Assembly: GCF_030144855.1 (NCBI RefSeq)
Contig: NC_082731.1
Location: 25,792,001-25,856,000 of the forward strand
Length of the DNA stretch: 64,000 nucleotides
From: Hypanus sabinus
Lineage: Eukaryota
Direction: 5' to 3'
Shown: positions 22,569 through 37,104 of the stretch, piece by piece
How the letters are laid out: every line of letters begins with the position of its first letter
Position numbering within the stretch: the first letter of the stretch is position 1
Notes under the pieces: generated by a model
Database searches by the model: none
Seen by the model: only the letters and a program-made list of their open reading frames with translations
Told to the model about the DNA's origin: nothing
Translations under genes and position numbers: made by a program

Positions 22569-24829
22569 AAATGTGATGTGTCTCTCTTGAGGATGCATTC
22601 CAAATGACGCGGATGAGGGTGGGCCAGATCTAACAGTAGCAGCTTGCCCCATTTGGATCGAATTTACCACTCTGGTTCTCACTTGAATTAGGATGAAATG
22701 TATTAAAACAATTGTTCAGATTGATGAATTTCTTTTGATGCAAAGCAGACATTTGTAAGTTGTATTTCATCAAAGAACGAAGGAACCTGTGGTGTAGAAT
22801 TGGAGGAACTACGTGCGGAATACTACTAAGGAGATAGTTGCTATAATGTGGCCCTAGCGTATATCGGTGTAGGTTTCTAAGAGATGGGTTAATGTGGTGT
22901 ATAAACAGAAAAAACTATGCTATAGGTACCAATTGAACGTACAACCATGTGAGTAAAACAATATTATGTTCAATGGTGTTATTTTCCATGCATCTGCTGA
23001 CTTGGTCAAGGTGGCTGGCAGTGGCAGTGTGAATGCCGCATCGTGAATGTTAAAATCAATAATTACAAAAAAGGTTGCGCTGAATGGCACTGTCAACAAC
23101 AGTGCAAAGCATTACATTATCAGTCATTAGTATAAGATTCATTGCCAAATTTCACAGTTGAGGTAATTTCAGGTTTCCTCCCATATTCCTACAATACTAC
23201 AGAAATCTATTCCGCCAACCAGTTCTAGTGAACTGCAACAGCAGTTCTGGCAATATCAAAAGCCCACTCCGTTTCCCACTCAGGTGCTTTCAAAGCGTGG
23301 CTCTCGCGACATTTTCCCACACTAGGAGTGATTGACTCTGGACAGAGGTATCAGGTCATAGTCGTGTACTGCAGGGAAATCAGCCCTCGACTGCCGATGT
23401 GCATTCCAATACGCTGACCCATCTGCACGAATATTATTTGCCGCAGTAAGGACTGCGTTTTTGCGATGGTTTGTCTGAAGTCCTTGACTGAATGTCCCTG
23501 AGAATAATTTGTTATACTTGACTCCACCACCTGGACTTGGTTCAAGTTCCAAATCACAAACAGGTTGTATTCATAGTATGTGGGATTACGGCTAGAAACA
23601 TTGAAATGAAGAAGAAGAAGCACCAACTTGCAATACTGAGCGAATAGAACGTAGGTTGCGGAAATTGAGGGATTTCTCAGGACATATCGAAAGTCTGGCG
23701 GGCTGCTAATGTGCTTTTAATTCAAGAAACACAGTAGGCTGGAAATTGTGCTGCTAATACGTGAGGGGAAAGGGAGGGATAGTGTTTCAATGATAAGAAG
23801 AACTTCATAGAATAAGATTTTTATTTCTGCTGAGATTTCAGGAAGCTAAGGGTTGACCTTATTGCTGGAGGGTTGATATTGTGACTGATCACAGTCATTT
23901 TCCTCCAGAGCAAAATTATCTCAATAGTAAGCATGACCTTCTTTTGTTGGAGGTCATGTCTCAAAAATTATTTTATGTTTTTTGAGGCCGTGACCAAGTT
24001 TAATGAGGAGGACAAAGTGATGCACTGTGCCCTCATCCCTATGGTCAAAACGAAGAATCCAAAGTGAAATTGTAAACTGATAAAATGTTTCCTCGTTGGA
24101 AGGAAGCAATGGTTGTGATTGCATTTTACATATATTGGTAGCCAGGTAATCAGTTCAGTTCTGCGCAGCTCAGTATCTGGTTCTCCAGTACACCTGTTTG
24201 GAAGGCACCGTTACAGCTGATACCCTAGTTCGTGCGGTAGCGAAGAGTGAAGAAGTTTCGCTAAGGTTACCTTAAAGCGGTCAATTGAGAAAGTGGATAA
24301 GGAAACGGCAGTTCTTATTTAATTCGAAAAATTGTGAAATGTCGCATTTCAGGAAAATAACAGATATACGAAATGAATTTTAGTGTCTGGGTTGGTTATT
24401 GGACAACTATATATTTGGATACTTAGTTCCATTAAAAAGGCGACACGGGCAAACATTTGGACAGGTACATGAACAAAAAATGTTTCGAGGGATATGGGAC
24501 AAATTCAGACAAACTGGAACGGGTTAAAATACATATTTATCAGTATATACGAAAAGGGCCGAAGATCCTGTTTCCGTCCTAAATAACTGCCAATACGTAA
24601 GTGTAAACTTATAAAGTCAAATGGGCGTTTGCGACAGAATCACGTGTCTCTGATTAAATGAAGCGTGTTATTTATATTGCATTATATTACTAAATAACTA
24701 TGCCTTGAATGTGCAGTTTTATCTTAAAATGCAAACTGTACAATGCATCATTGTTTTCCTTGAAACTCCTATGCATAGAGCAACTATTTCAGACTCTGAG
24801 CCCGATCCTCTGCAGTAAGTGTTCCTTGG

Positions 24830-24995
24830 AAACAGGCAGAGAATGCTGGAGGAAATCAGAAGGCCAGGCAGCAGCGATGGCAAAGAGTACAGTGAACGTT
24901 TCAGCTGAAGGTTTCTCTTCAGCCTGTAACCGCGACTGCAAACTTTTCCATCGATGCTGCCTGGCCTACTAAGATCCTTTAGCCTTTTCCGTGTT
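24830..24995. mobile_element. Short interspersed element with inverted termini
   Basis: The left end gaatgctggaggaaatcagaaggccaggcagca is the approximate reverse complement of the right end tgctgcctggcctactaagatcctttagccttttc. Related ends occur at ~1627, ~27850 and ~39440. Confidence 0.6.
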
Positions 24996-25759
24996 CTTTG
25001 GCTTTCCAGTGGCTGCAGATTTTCTTTTATTGGCAATGTTCCTTTGCTTCACTAGTGTGTTCTGGAAGGACGGTTATTGTGTGATTTACTTTGACACGAC
25101 TGTTAAGACCACTTTTGCAACTGGTACTGCGCTGGCGGACATGTATGCAAGTTTCAATCACCTATGTTTATGTTTGAAATCATTTTCGGCTCCCATCGGA
25201 ATACACCCCTCTTTTGGCGTAAAGTTACAGCATTTCAGCTGACAGTTCTTTTGTCAGTTAGTGCAGATATTTAAAATACACTGACATCGCGATAAGAAAA
25301 CAGCACAAAAAGCCGTTAACGTCAGTGTTGTAATTAGAGTCTCTAGTCAATTCGCAACTTTTTCACCAACTCATTCTTTCTCCGCAGAAAAACTCTGATA
25401 TTTGGATACCACACTCCGCTGTCAGTTGTGACAAGTATGTCAGTTTTCTTTCAATCGGGTGTGTGTCATGTACGACTGACTAGTGCTTTATTATGTCGTC
25501 AGGTTGTATCAGGATCCACCCGAATCCTCACATTAACTTACAACATACGTTAGATTCACTTTCCTGTAGTTCCATGTTTTCCTTTGCAAATCATTGTAAA
25601 TAAAGCACAACCTTTTCCATCCATCACTGTAGCCACTGATAATGCTGATGCAACTGTCTCAGGTAGAGCGCCAGCAATTTCGTCTTCAGTTTCCAGTGGT
25701 ACACTTAGCTATACGTTCCTTGTCAAGCCCTGGCGTTCTATCTACTGGACAGATGCTGA

Positions 25760-27250
25760 GACCTAGAGATCCTCTTCTGTTGTAATACAGGCTCCCACCA
25801 TGAACTTCCGCTTTCCATTCCCTAAGTCTGAGGCCAAATCTTTCTATGCGGTAAAATTTGAAAATAAGTACGGATTTAGGTCCTTGTATACTTACATCAG
25901 CTCCATGTAAATATACCTCTAATCGTCTACGAGGAGCACTACTCTCCCTCTTGTTTTGTCTTTTAATGCCTTCAAAAGACCTAAATTTGCTTGAAGTTCT
26001 CCTAACATTCCTCTAACAAGGCTATCACCTGTCTCATTTCGCACTGATTATTGCTATTTCACTACATTGTGGCGTCCCTATATTGTTCCAACTGATCACT
26101 GGAACGCAGCTACATCTATCTGGCCGGTATTTCCTCCTTTTTCCAAGCTGGAGCATCAATATCCTCCCCCTTCTATTCTTGCCCTTCACTGCTCCAGGAA
26201 TATGAATACCTTGATCTGTCAATTTCTCACTTTTAAGGCCTTCTACTTTCTGTGGCCTTTTACACACTACCAATTTACTTCAATCATTACTGCAATCAAT
26301 CTTCGTAAGCACCTTTCTCTGGCGACCAAATTCGCCTTATTCCAATTTAAAACTTAAAAGTTTGGATCAGTTCTTTGACTTTCCATCGTAATGATAAAAC
26401 TAATGGACCTAAGGTCACTAGTCCCAAAGTGCACCCGCACTGATACATCATTCACCATCCGGACACCACTAACTCAGAGCAACTCAAGGTTTGCCCTCTT
26501 CCTGTAAGGTACTCTGTAATATTCCAACTTAAACAATGCCTCAACGTACTTAAGAAATTATAGCGTGTTAAAAAAACGTAACAGTTTGGCAGACCCAGGC
26601 TGACAATGAGGTTTAAAACCTCGACGGCGATAACATATTATGTTTACAATTCTTCACAATTCCCGGAAATTTGCTCTTCTAATTACCATTGACCATTCGG
26701 TGGCCTAGAGTACGTCCATAATACCATCGTTGCCATCTTATTTCTCAGATCTATTCAGAAATCCTCAATGTATAATCGATCAATAATTTCATTGCTACAT
26801 ATTACTGGGAAATCCCCATTAATCAAAATGCCAACTCCCGTCCTTTTCTTTTCTCCTCCTGCCTGAAGCATCAGTATCCTTCAAGGGTTAATTGGAAGTC
26901 ATATCCCTCCCTTAGCCATATTTCCGTAATGGCTATAAAGTCCCAGTCGCATCTAACTATACATGAACTAAGCTTACCTGTCTGACTTATCACACCAACT
27001 GTATTGGACTAAATGTAATCCATTCCAATCGGTTTCCTTTCTCCACTTCATTATGCTGCCTGACGTTCATAGTGAACTTGTCGTCAATGACTTCTACAGC
27101 ACCTCCACCCTCACATTTCCCTCTCTGGTGCTTGATGCCGACCACGTATGAATCTTGGTGAAAACGAGCAGTAGAAAATCTGTCTGTCGGAATATTGCAG
27201 GTGTAAACTGACATAAATGTACTAGTGCACACACGCTCCGCCGTTCATAA
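25760..27250 (-). mobile_element. Old CR1 LINE fragment (endonuclease region)
   Basis: Minus ORF 26990..27232 has YVVGIKHQRGKCEGGGAVEVIDDK; further degenerate CR1 ORF2 motifs continue toward 25800. Confidence 0.55.
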
Positions 27251-28909
27251 GGACTGCTTATTAGTGCTTCCTACGCTCTTTCTTCTTTAGGCATGCATTT
27301 ATCCGCAATATACTCATACTTCCCCTCATATCCCATAACAGTAGAAGTAATCCTGTGATTACGACCCTCGAGGTCGTTCCCACCGATTAAGCGCTATCAT
27401 TTTTTAATGAATCCTCTTCTTGTTTGTTCAGAATATGCTTGAATAAAGTGCAGAGGAGATGCACCCGGACGTTGCTTGGATCAGACTATGTTACTGATAA
27501 AGAGAGGCAAGCTGTCCGGGGCTTTATTCTTTGACGTAAACAAGGCTAAGTGTCAATTTAAGTATCTGATATTGAAAGACTTTTGTGTGATGCATAATTT
27601 GCTTCTCATAACAATATTATCAAAGGCATGAGGCAAAGGCTTCGGGAAGAATTCATAAAGGAGATCAAAAAGTTAAGATTGATAAAAAGTTACACGTTTA
27701 AAGCATAGTTCAATAGGAACTACACAGACAAATACAAACAAAAGCCTACAACGACGTTTAGTGTGTCTAAAGCCAAAGGTCGGCATGACGAAATGGTGCC
27801 AAGAAAGAATCGGCATGAGAATTCGAGGGAAGAAATTACCGTGATGCAGATACATAAGATTCTGCAGACGCCAGAAATCCAGAATAAACCGGTCAATATT
27901 CTGGTTATCTCAGCAGGTCAGGTAACATTCAGGGAGATGAATACATTGTCAAGATTTCGGGCTGTATCCTCCTACATCGTCTTGCGTGTGCTCCCCTAAC
28001 TCTACAAAGCCCTCGTAAAAAGTCACCTGGAATGAAAATAAATGGACATAAGCATTGAGCTTTGGAAGTTGTGAAATTTACCGTAGAGTTCCTTCGAGTT
28101 TTTGTGTTTTTTTTTTCTCCATGATACATACACTGTATCAGGGAAGGTCCTTGCCTGGTGTTTCTTTCGATCCCTGCATTCAGTTGACATCTAAAGATTT
28201 AATCACAAAAATGTATTGGTTGCACACAACGGAAGACCTCTGGCCCGTCGTTTCAACGGATAGTTAATAAAGTCAACGCGATATGGGATACAACTCTAAA
28301 AGAAGAATAGATTACCTCCAAAACAAGAACTCTTTGAAAGGCTCAGAAGCTCAACATCACAACATTGCATTCCATCATGTTAAATACTTTTTATTTTAAT
28401 CTTACAACATCTGAATTCTTTAATTCCGAATCAATCACATATAAGAAATAACTGCGCTGCTTTACGACACCACAATGGTCTCGAATGCATTTAAGTACTT
28501 TATTTCAGCCTCAGTTAGCCCAAAGCAAACAAATTGAATTTGCTATTTGAATCTGGCGTAATAGATGAACGGATATATTCTCAAAAATAATCCACAAGCA
28601 TAAGAATTAACAGGGAAGATTGAAAGTAAAACCAAATCTCCTATCTCTCTTTTTCACAGCTGTACAGACCGACTATTGCTCTAAGCAAGTCATTTTAAAT
28701 GGCCTGAAACGTACGTGTTTCTTTAAATGTGTTTTGAGGGGGAGGAGTTTCAAGATGGCGACGTAGACATCTACCTTTTAGGCGCTCTTCATTTTATAAA
28801 CTATAACCACCCTTTAATCAAATCTTTTCGTACTTAATCATATGGGCTGATACTTACGATTTACTTTTTTTTCTAAAACAATATTTGATCTAATCTTATC
28901 AAACTTAAA

Positions 28910-29720
28910 ATGGCTCCAGCTAAGAAATCGTCTAAAGAGCCTTTATCCCTCGAGGCAATTTCTAATCTTCTGGATACTAAACTTGCAAGTTTGGAAAGTA
29001 AAATGGCAAGTTTGGAAAATAAGCTTACCGCGAAAATGTCTGAACTTGAAGAAGTTGTTAGATCGCTTGATACCAAGCTTCAATCGCAGGCATCAGATAT
29101 TCAACGGCATGAAGCTAAGATCACGACTCTTGAAAACTTAATTTGTGAAAAAATACGTACACTTGAAACATTGGAGAATGAGAATACTGCTCAAATAGTA
29201 GAGAATTATAAGTTTAAAATCACCAATCTTGAAAACCGATCTCGCAGACAGAACTTGCGAATCATTGGGCTTCCCGAAAATGTTGAGTATGGTGACTTAA
29301 CTGAATTTTTCTCTAACTTTCTGTGGGAAGTATTTGGTGGTGAAGCTTTGCAAGTTAAACCTACTATTGATCGCGCCCACAGAGTTTCGAGATTCTCGGT
29401 CTCGAGCGACAAGCCACGGGCTGTGATTGTTCGCCTCCATTATCCTCGGCAGAAAGAGCTTTGAATCCGATTAACTCGTCAGAAAGGTATGATCTTTCAC
29501 AAAAACATTAAGTTTCGTATTGTTGAAGATTATTCGTTTGAAGTGCTGAGAGAAACCTGTGATGGCAGAGATTCATTCGATCCGACTGAAACAAGCTTTG
29601 AGATACCCAGCGAATCTCAGAGTTACGTTGGGTGACAACAGCCAGCGCTTCTTTAAAACTCCAGCAGACGCGAAGAAATTCGTCGAAGAATATCGAGCTC
29701 CTACCACAAGTTGAACTATG
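28910..29720 (+). pseudogene. L1 ORF1p (coiled coil + RRM/CTD), disrupted
   Basis: MAPAKKSSKE..heptad-rich..LENRSRRQNLRIIGLPE..IDRAHR..KPRAVIVRLH; in-frame stop at 29462-29464 with the remainder continuing after it. Confidence 0.88.
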
Positions 29721-30656
29721 TGTTATGTTGAAGAATTTTTGTAGAGAAGATGCCATTTCGTTTTGGGCTTTAACTGATGAAGCCGCGTTATAGCTTCTTA
29801 CTTTGGTCTGTAGACCTTTTTTTTAATATCATGGTTATAGACGCTCTTTTAATTTTACTATAATATCTTTTTTCTTATTTTTTTTTCTCTGAATTGGATA
29901 TACACATCTATACTTTGTAATAAGATTTATTCTTTTAAGATATCGTTTCTTCTTCCCATAAGACTTTGCTTTCCGTGATCGTTAATTTGGTTGCTTGTAC
30001 TTGAATATGGGACGAATGTTTTAGATTTTTAGACTTTTTTTATATTGTAGTGATTATTGAATCCTATTTCTGCTCTATTTGATGACTTTTTTTTAATAGA
30101 TTGGTGAATTTACATTTATATTTTGTAATATGTTTTTTTCAAAATGTCGTCTCTTCTTCCCATAAGTCTTTGCCTTTGGAACATGTCATCTACTTGTATT
30201 TGAATATGGATTTTTTTAAAGGCATATTTTACTTTTTTTAAACTCTAATGTTTATTCTTTTTTATTAATGATCTTTTGTTTGATTATATTACTTTTTATC
30301 CCTCTTTTTGATTGATATATATATTTTTTCTTATCAACCCTTTATCAAAACCTGTGTGTTATATTGTCTCTTTTTTACCTTTTCGTGGAGTTGCCATCTT
30401 GAATTGGGGGTAATATTAGTATTAGTTTGTGCACCTGCCGCTTGGCTTTTTTTCGAGGGTTTGGGGGAGGGGGGAGGGGTCTTTTTTCACGCTTTTGCTT
30501 TTCATTTTTTTGCTTTTAGTTTATGGGCCTACTTTAAATTATTAATATTGTTGAGGTGTCATGCTTTCAGGCTGCTCCTGAATCATTTTTCCTTCTTCCT
30601 GAATTATGGGTTATCTGTCTTTTTAACCTTTTATGATATGTACAATTAATGTTGGC

Positions 30657-33600
30657 ATGATGGATAAGTCTATTAATTTAATCTTTTGGAATACTAATGG
30701 TTTAAACAATCCGATTAAACGTAAAAAAATATTTAAAGTATTCCATAAACTAAATGCTAATATTATCTTTGCACAGGAGACCCATATTAGGAGGGAGGAT
30801 AATTAAGACTTTTTTAGTTTCCGGAGGGTTCAACAATTTCACTCGAATTTTACCGCCAAAATTAGGGGTGTTTCTATTTTTATAGACCCCTCAATTTCTT
30901 TTACACATCATGAAATTATTTCTGACACACAGGGCAGATTTTTGTTGTTTACTGGTTCACTTTTTAATCGAAAAGTGGCACTAGTTAATATTTATGCTCC
31001 AAACTTTGAATGCCCTGAATTTTTAAACGTTTATTTACTTCCCTTCCTAATTTAAATGAACATATGTTGATAATGGGTGGAGATTTCAATTGTTGTTTGA
31101 ATCCTTTGATGGATAGTTCTAAACCTATTCGAACTCGTCCCAGTAGATCAGCCTCACTTATTAATTCCTTTATGGTTGATTCGGGAATTACTGAAATATG
31201 GCGGGTTTTGAACCCTAACGATAAAGAATTTTCGTTTTTTTCACATGTTTATCATAGTTATTCTAGAATTGATTATTTTCTTATTGATCACCGTTTATTA
31301 ACAGATGTTACTGATAGTAAATACGATTCTATTGCCATTTCGGATCAAGCTCCTTTGAAGTTGCTTATTAAGTTATCGGATTCCTCCATTAATACGAGAT
31401 CTTGGAGACTCAACGCTACTTTGCATCAAGACCAGAATTTGTCACCTTCATAGAACAGCAAATTGACTTGTTTTTCTCCACAAATTATACTGAAGAGATT
31501 GACAGAGGAATACTCTGGGATTCTTTTAAGGCTTTTATCCGTGGACAAATTATCTCATATTCCGCTGGTAAAAGAAAACAAAGATATCTTGATATAGCTA
31601 TGTTGGTGGATAAAATTAATGAAATTGATAAGATTTATTCCGTGACACCTACCAAAGAACTGTATAAGAAGAGAGTTGAGCTTCAAATGGAACATAGCTT
31701 ATTATTATCTTCTTCAAATGAGAATAAATTAATTAAGACCAGGGCTCAATTTTATATTCATAGTGATCGAACTGGTAAATTATTAGCAAGCCAATTAAAA
31801 GTTATTTCGACTAAGCGACAAATTATTAAAATTCGTAAACAAGACGGTTATTTGACTACTGATCATAAAGAAATTAATAATACTTTCCAAGATTTTTATA
31901 AATCTTTATATCAATCAGAATCTGATGCCGATGTGCCCATGATGGATAATTTTTTTAATAATTTGAATATCCCCAAACTGACAGATGAAGATCGGAGTTT
32001 GTTTGATGCTCCTATTTCTATGGCTGAAGTAGGAGAGGCTATTTCGTCAATGAATTCAGGGAAAGCTCCTGGGCTTGATGGTTATATTATAGAATTTTTA
32101 AAAACTTTTTCTTCTTTCCTTTCCCCATGGTTGTGTGAAATTTTCAATGATGCTTTCATTAAGAAGAGATTGCCCCAGTCTTTGTATGAAGCTAATATCT
32201 CTCTAATTCTTAAAAAAGATAAGGATCCTACCTTATGTGCATCCTATCGCCCTATATCACTAGTAAATGTAGACTCTAAGATTATTACAAAAATTTTAGC
32301 TATTAGGTTAGAAAAGATACTATCACAGATTATTTCAGAAGATCAAACTGGTTTTATTAAGAACCGGTACTCCTTTCTTAATGTTAAAAAATTGATTAAT
32401 ATAATTTATGCCTCATCATCTAGAACCCCAGAATGTGTCATTTCATTAGATGCTGAAAAATATTTTGATAGAGTTGAATGGACTTATTTATTTAATGCGT
32501 TAAAAAATTTTAATTTTAGTTCTAATTTTATATCATGGATTAAACTAATATATTATAAACCTGTCGCTTCTGTCCTTACAAATAATCATAGATCCTCTTT
32601 TTTTCAATTATCTCGTGGTACGAGACAAGGTTGACCTTTAAGTCCTTTATTATTTAATATTGCATTAGAAACTTTAGCCATTGCTTTTCGTGAATCACTT
32701 AACATTTTTGGTATTACCCGTATTGAGAAGCTATATAAGTTATCACTATATGCTGATGACTTGTTGTTATATATTTCTGATCCTGATAGGTCTATTCCCG
32801 CTATTCTATCCTTGTTGGCTCAATTTGGTAGTTTTTCTGGTTATAAATTAAATTTGGATAAGAGTGAATTGTTCCATTTAAATGCGCAAACTTTATTGAA
32901 TGATAGGGTACCATTTAAAATTGTTACTGAGAACTTTACTTATTTAGGTTTAAAAATTACCAAGAAACATAAAGATTTATTCAGATTGAATGTTTTACCT
33001 TTGTTTCATCAAATTCAACAACTTACTACTAGATGGTCTCCCTTATCCTTATCATTGGTTGGTCAGATTAATGCTATTAAAATGATGGTTTTACCGATTT
33101 TTTTATATTTATTTCAAGCTTTACCAATTTTCATTCCTAAATGTATTTTTGACAATATAGATTCAAAAATTTCCTCATTTGTGTGGCAAAATAAAAATCC
33201 AAGGTTAAGTAAAATCAGTTAAAGAAACCCAAAAAAGATGGTGGTTTAGCGTTACCTAACTTTAGATTTTACTATTGGGAGAATAATATTCGAAACTTAA
33301 AATACTGGAAACAAGATTTAGATTCACCATTATGCCCACAGTGGGTAAATTTGGAATGTAATGATGCACAAGGATATTCTTTATTTTCCGTTCTTGGTTC
33401 TTCTCTTCTCGTTGATTTAGTCAAATTCAATGAACAGATATCTAACCCTATTGTCAAACACACATTACGAGTTTCAATTTCGTAAGTTTTTAACCCTGCG
33501 AAATTTTGTTCTTGATAGCCCTATCTTATTTAACTTTTTTTAAACCCTCCTTAATAGATCAAGCCTTTAGCGTATGGAGAAGGAAAGGTATAATATGTTT

Positions 33601-34430
33601 TCGTGATCTTTTTTTTTGAAGGTAGTTTGATGTCTTTTGACCAACTGTCTAACAAATTTAAGTTACCCAAATCTTATTTCTTTTAGATATTTACAAATCA
33701 GGAACTTTTTATATACAGTTTTGCCATCATTTCCCAATTCAACTACGATAGATTTTTTAGATATGATTTTTACCTTGAATCCTCGTCAGAAGGGATTAGT
33801 GGCTCTTATTTATAATATGATTACGAAGATACAACCAGAAATGTCAGGCAGAATTAAACAAGACTAGGAAAAAGAGCTTCAATATACTATATCAACAGAA
33901 AAATGGGAAAAAATTCTACAAATGGTTAATTCTTCTTCTATATGTGCTAAACATGCTTTAATACAATTTAAGTTGGTACATAGAGCTCACATGTCTAAAG
34001 ATAAGCTTGCTTGATACTACTCCCATATTAACCCTCAATGTGACAGATGTCACTCAGAAGTTGCTTCATTGACCCACATGTTTTGGTCATGTCCCACCTT
34101 ATATAACTACTGGAAGGACATATTTGATATCATTTCCTCAGTTTGGAATATTGATTTCCAACCCCATTTTATTACTGCAATATTTGGTATACCAAATGAG
34201 GATGGTAGTCGACTTTCCCCTTCAATTAGACGAATGATCGCTTTTGCAACCCTAATGGCTAGAAGATCTATATTACAAAATTGGAGAGAAGTAAATCCTC
34301 CTAACACGTTTCAGTGGTTTTCTCAAACTATTTCTTGTTTGAGTTTAGCAAAAATTAGAAGTACTATTTTTGATCCATCAATTAAATTTGAAGAAACCTG
34401 GGGACCGTTTATCCGACATTTTCATATGTT
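30657..34430 (+). pseudogene. L1 ORF2p (APE endonuclease, RT, Cys-rich tail), several stops and frameshifts
   Basis: MMDKSINLIFWNTNGLNNPIKR at 30657; GGDFNCCLNP..YSRIDYFL; GKAPGLDG..YRPISLVNVDSKI..SLDAEKYFDRVEW..RGTRQG; YADD just before 32761; THMFWSCP at 34069. Confidence 0.9.
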
Positions 34431-34989
34431 AATTTGGCCTTTTCCGGACCTTTTCTCTTGTTATCCTTGTTCTGGTATGGAGTTCCGGAGTTCTTGACAC
34501 TATCATGTACATATGAACTATTATTATTGCCCATGTTAGTCTAGGTTTTTTTTTTCTAATATATATTTTTTCTTGTATTTTTTACATTTTTTTTCTTTTC
34601 TTTCTTTTAGTGATTATCCTTTTTCATATATAATCAATATAGGTTTGACAGATTATTATATGATGTTTTTTTTGCTGATATTTTAATAAGATACTAATAT
34701 CTTACTACTAATTCAATTTCAAGCCTAATGTATGTACAAACTATTCAATATTATGTTATGTTATTTTTTTATATAAGAAACTCAATAAAAAGATTGAAAA
34801 AGAAAAGAAAGATAAATGTGTTTTTGAAATACACATTTGTAATTGCAATGAAAAATTTTAAATCACATATATTTTAGCTACACTAATTAAAGGGTAAAAT
34901 GAAATACTGTAAAGCAATAAAAATCTTTCGTGCTTCGTACAAGCTTTCAAGTTAAATAAGAATGCCTGACGTCACATTTTTCTCAGCTC

Positions 34990-35260
34990 CATGTACCTAT
35001 CCAGGACTCTATCGAAAGTCCCTATCGTTTCCGCCTCCACCACCATTTCCCCAGCCCATTCCACCCTCTTGCCACTCACTGTGTAAAATTCTTACCCCTG
35101 ATATCTACTATGTAACTACTTCCAAGCACCTTAAAACTGTGCCCTCTCGTGATAGCCATTTCAGCCCCGGGAAAAAGCCTCTGACTATCCACACGATCAA
35201 TGCATCGCAGCATCTTATAGACCTCTATCAGCTCATCTCCCATTGTGTAGATGGTTGGTG
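34990..35260 (-). mobile_element. CR1 LINE 3' fragment
   Basis: ELIEVYKMLRCIDRVDSQRLFPGAEMAITRGHSFKVLG..KNFTQ (35076..35312). Confidence 0.8.
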
Positions 35261-36279
35261 TGGAATACAACAGTATATCAGCAAGATGCAAAGCAGGGCC
35301 CTGAAATGGCACAGAATAGTACCAGAGTTTTGGAGACCAAGGTCCCTTTAAACCTACACACTAGTAAGATCCTTCCATTATTCTTGTACTCTACTGTCAA
35401 GTTCGATATTACTTCACACGATTGTACTCATTGATTGTACTCTGTGCTCCATCTCTCTCATCTCACTCACTTGACTGTGAACTTCTTTTTGTAACGACAG
35501 AAGACTATCATTGAAAAGACACTGTAGACTGTGTATTGGTCATCTCAAGGAATATGATATTATTTGCGTTCACATAACTTTTCGGACGTTGACGTGGACA
35601 TAAAATATGGGAAATTCTTGACTCGACCCCGCCTTCATAAACATTTAACGATTATTGATGGCAACTTAGTAGCTAGCTCGTGGTCATTTCAAGAGCAAAG
35701 CACATATAAAATGCAGCTTATACTTCATTATGCAATTGCATCTGTTGGCCCATCACACACTCCAAAACTCAAGCATTCCATAAATCGCGCCAGTCTTACA
35801 TTTCCCTATAACCTATTCCGTGCAATATGCAATAGCATGTTGCTGGGAAACGGACCACCCTGCTAAAAAACCAGGAAGTCATAAATAGAACAGTCAAGCT
35901 GTGCACACAGACAACACCCGAGGTCATGAACGAAAGCCGGTTGTTGGAGCTCTTAGATAACCACCTTACAGACTGCACTACTCTGCCGTCACCAGAGCTT
36001 TATTCTTAACAAAAGTAATCATCGGATCAGCAAATTTTTACAGCACTGGACGATGTCAGTTGGCTCAACAGAGGCCTGTTTGAAATACACATGAAAGATA
36101 TATCCTGGTTCACCGTTTGACACGGTCAGTATGCCCTATTACTGTTGTCCAGAAAGGTTTTATGCTCAGGAGACCATGTCGTTGAAAAGAAAAACGTTTT
36201 TTGAAAGATGAGGATGATGAGTGGTGTGGGTGGAGCAGTGAATTCGGTCTCATCATGATCATCTTTATCAGGTGCCATG

Positions 36280-36950
36280 CCCAGTTTGAGCTTTGGTTGC
36301 GATGGCCCACATACTCTTGTTTCGTGTCAAGTGGATCAATTCATTGATATTCATTTCCAGTTCATTTTTCTTTGTCTTCCTCTTGCTTTCTTCCCTTCAA
36401 TCTTTCCCATAACTACAGTGCTTTCTAACTCCTCTTCCCTAACCACATGTCCAATAAAGTCGCGTTGCCTTTTCATAATCTCATACATCTTTCCGTTTTT
36501 GTGCTCGTTCTGTTCATGACATCCTCATTAGATCTTCGTTTTTTTTTCCATTATATTCTTTGCATCCTCGTCAAAAACCACCTTCTGCTGTTTCAGTTCG
36601 TTTCCTCATTTTACTATTTACTGTCCAACTTTCTGAGCCATATAACATAACTTGATAAACGTAGCATTTCAGTGTTCTGAAGCGGGTTGTCATGTCTAGT
36701 TTAGTGTTGGTCAGTACACTCTTCATTCTCGTAAAGGTGTTTTTTGCCATCCGTATTCTTCTTTGAATATCCATGTCGCACATGTCATCTGATGTCACCC
36801 AGCTTCGTAAGGGGCGAAAGTTCTGTAATTGTTTTAAGTCTTCCCCGTTTATTCTCAGCCTGGAGACAGGATACTCCTTCTTTTTGGATATCACCATAAA
36901 TTCTGTCTTTTTGCAATTGATAGATAGACCCATTTTTTAGTAATTCTATC
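36280..36950 (-). mobile_element. RTE-clade LINE 3' fragment
   Basis: MGLSINCKKTEFMV..DIQRRIRMAKNTF..TRFRTLKCYVYQVMLYGSESWT is the RTE RT C-terminus; the RH-rich 3' end lies toward 36280. Confidence 0.85.
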
Positions 36951-37104
36951 ACAACAGTTTAAATTTGAATGAGGATGCAATATTTAGTACACGCAGAATC
37001 GCCGTCTTCTGGTTGTGTAAACAACCTTACCCTCTGCCGCTCTGCGCTTTGAGTTTTCTTTCAATATCGACCCGTTCTGCATCCCGTGTCTCCTAACCTA
37101 CTGA

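Larger units (their letters stand above)
28738..34812 (+). mobile_element. Full-length L1-clade LINE (~6.1 kb) with target-site duplication
   Basis: 5' end ggggaggagtttcaagatggcg; ORF1 and ORF2 relics; aataaa + A-rich tail; TSD taaatgtgttttga (28724-28737) and taaatgtgtttttga (34813-34827). Confidence 0.95.

Noticed and set aside
22398-22607. ORF with YYYYCCCYYY run
   Set aside because: Produced by a trinucleotide microsatellite.
36110-36150. tattactgt (YYC) resembling a V end
   Set aside because: No DxAxYYC context, no RSS, and the paralog at ~46200 lacks it.
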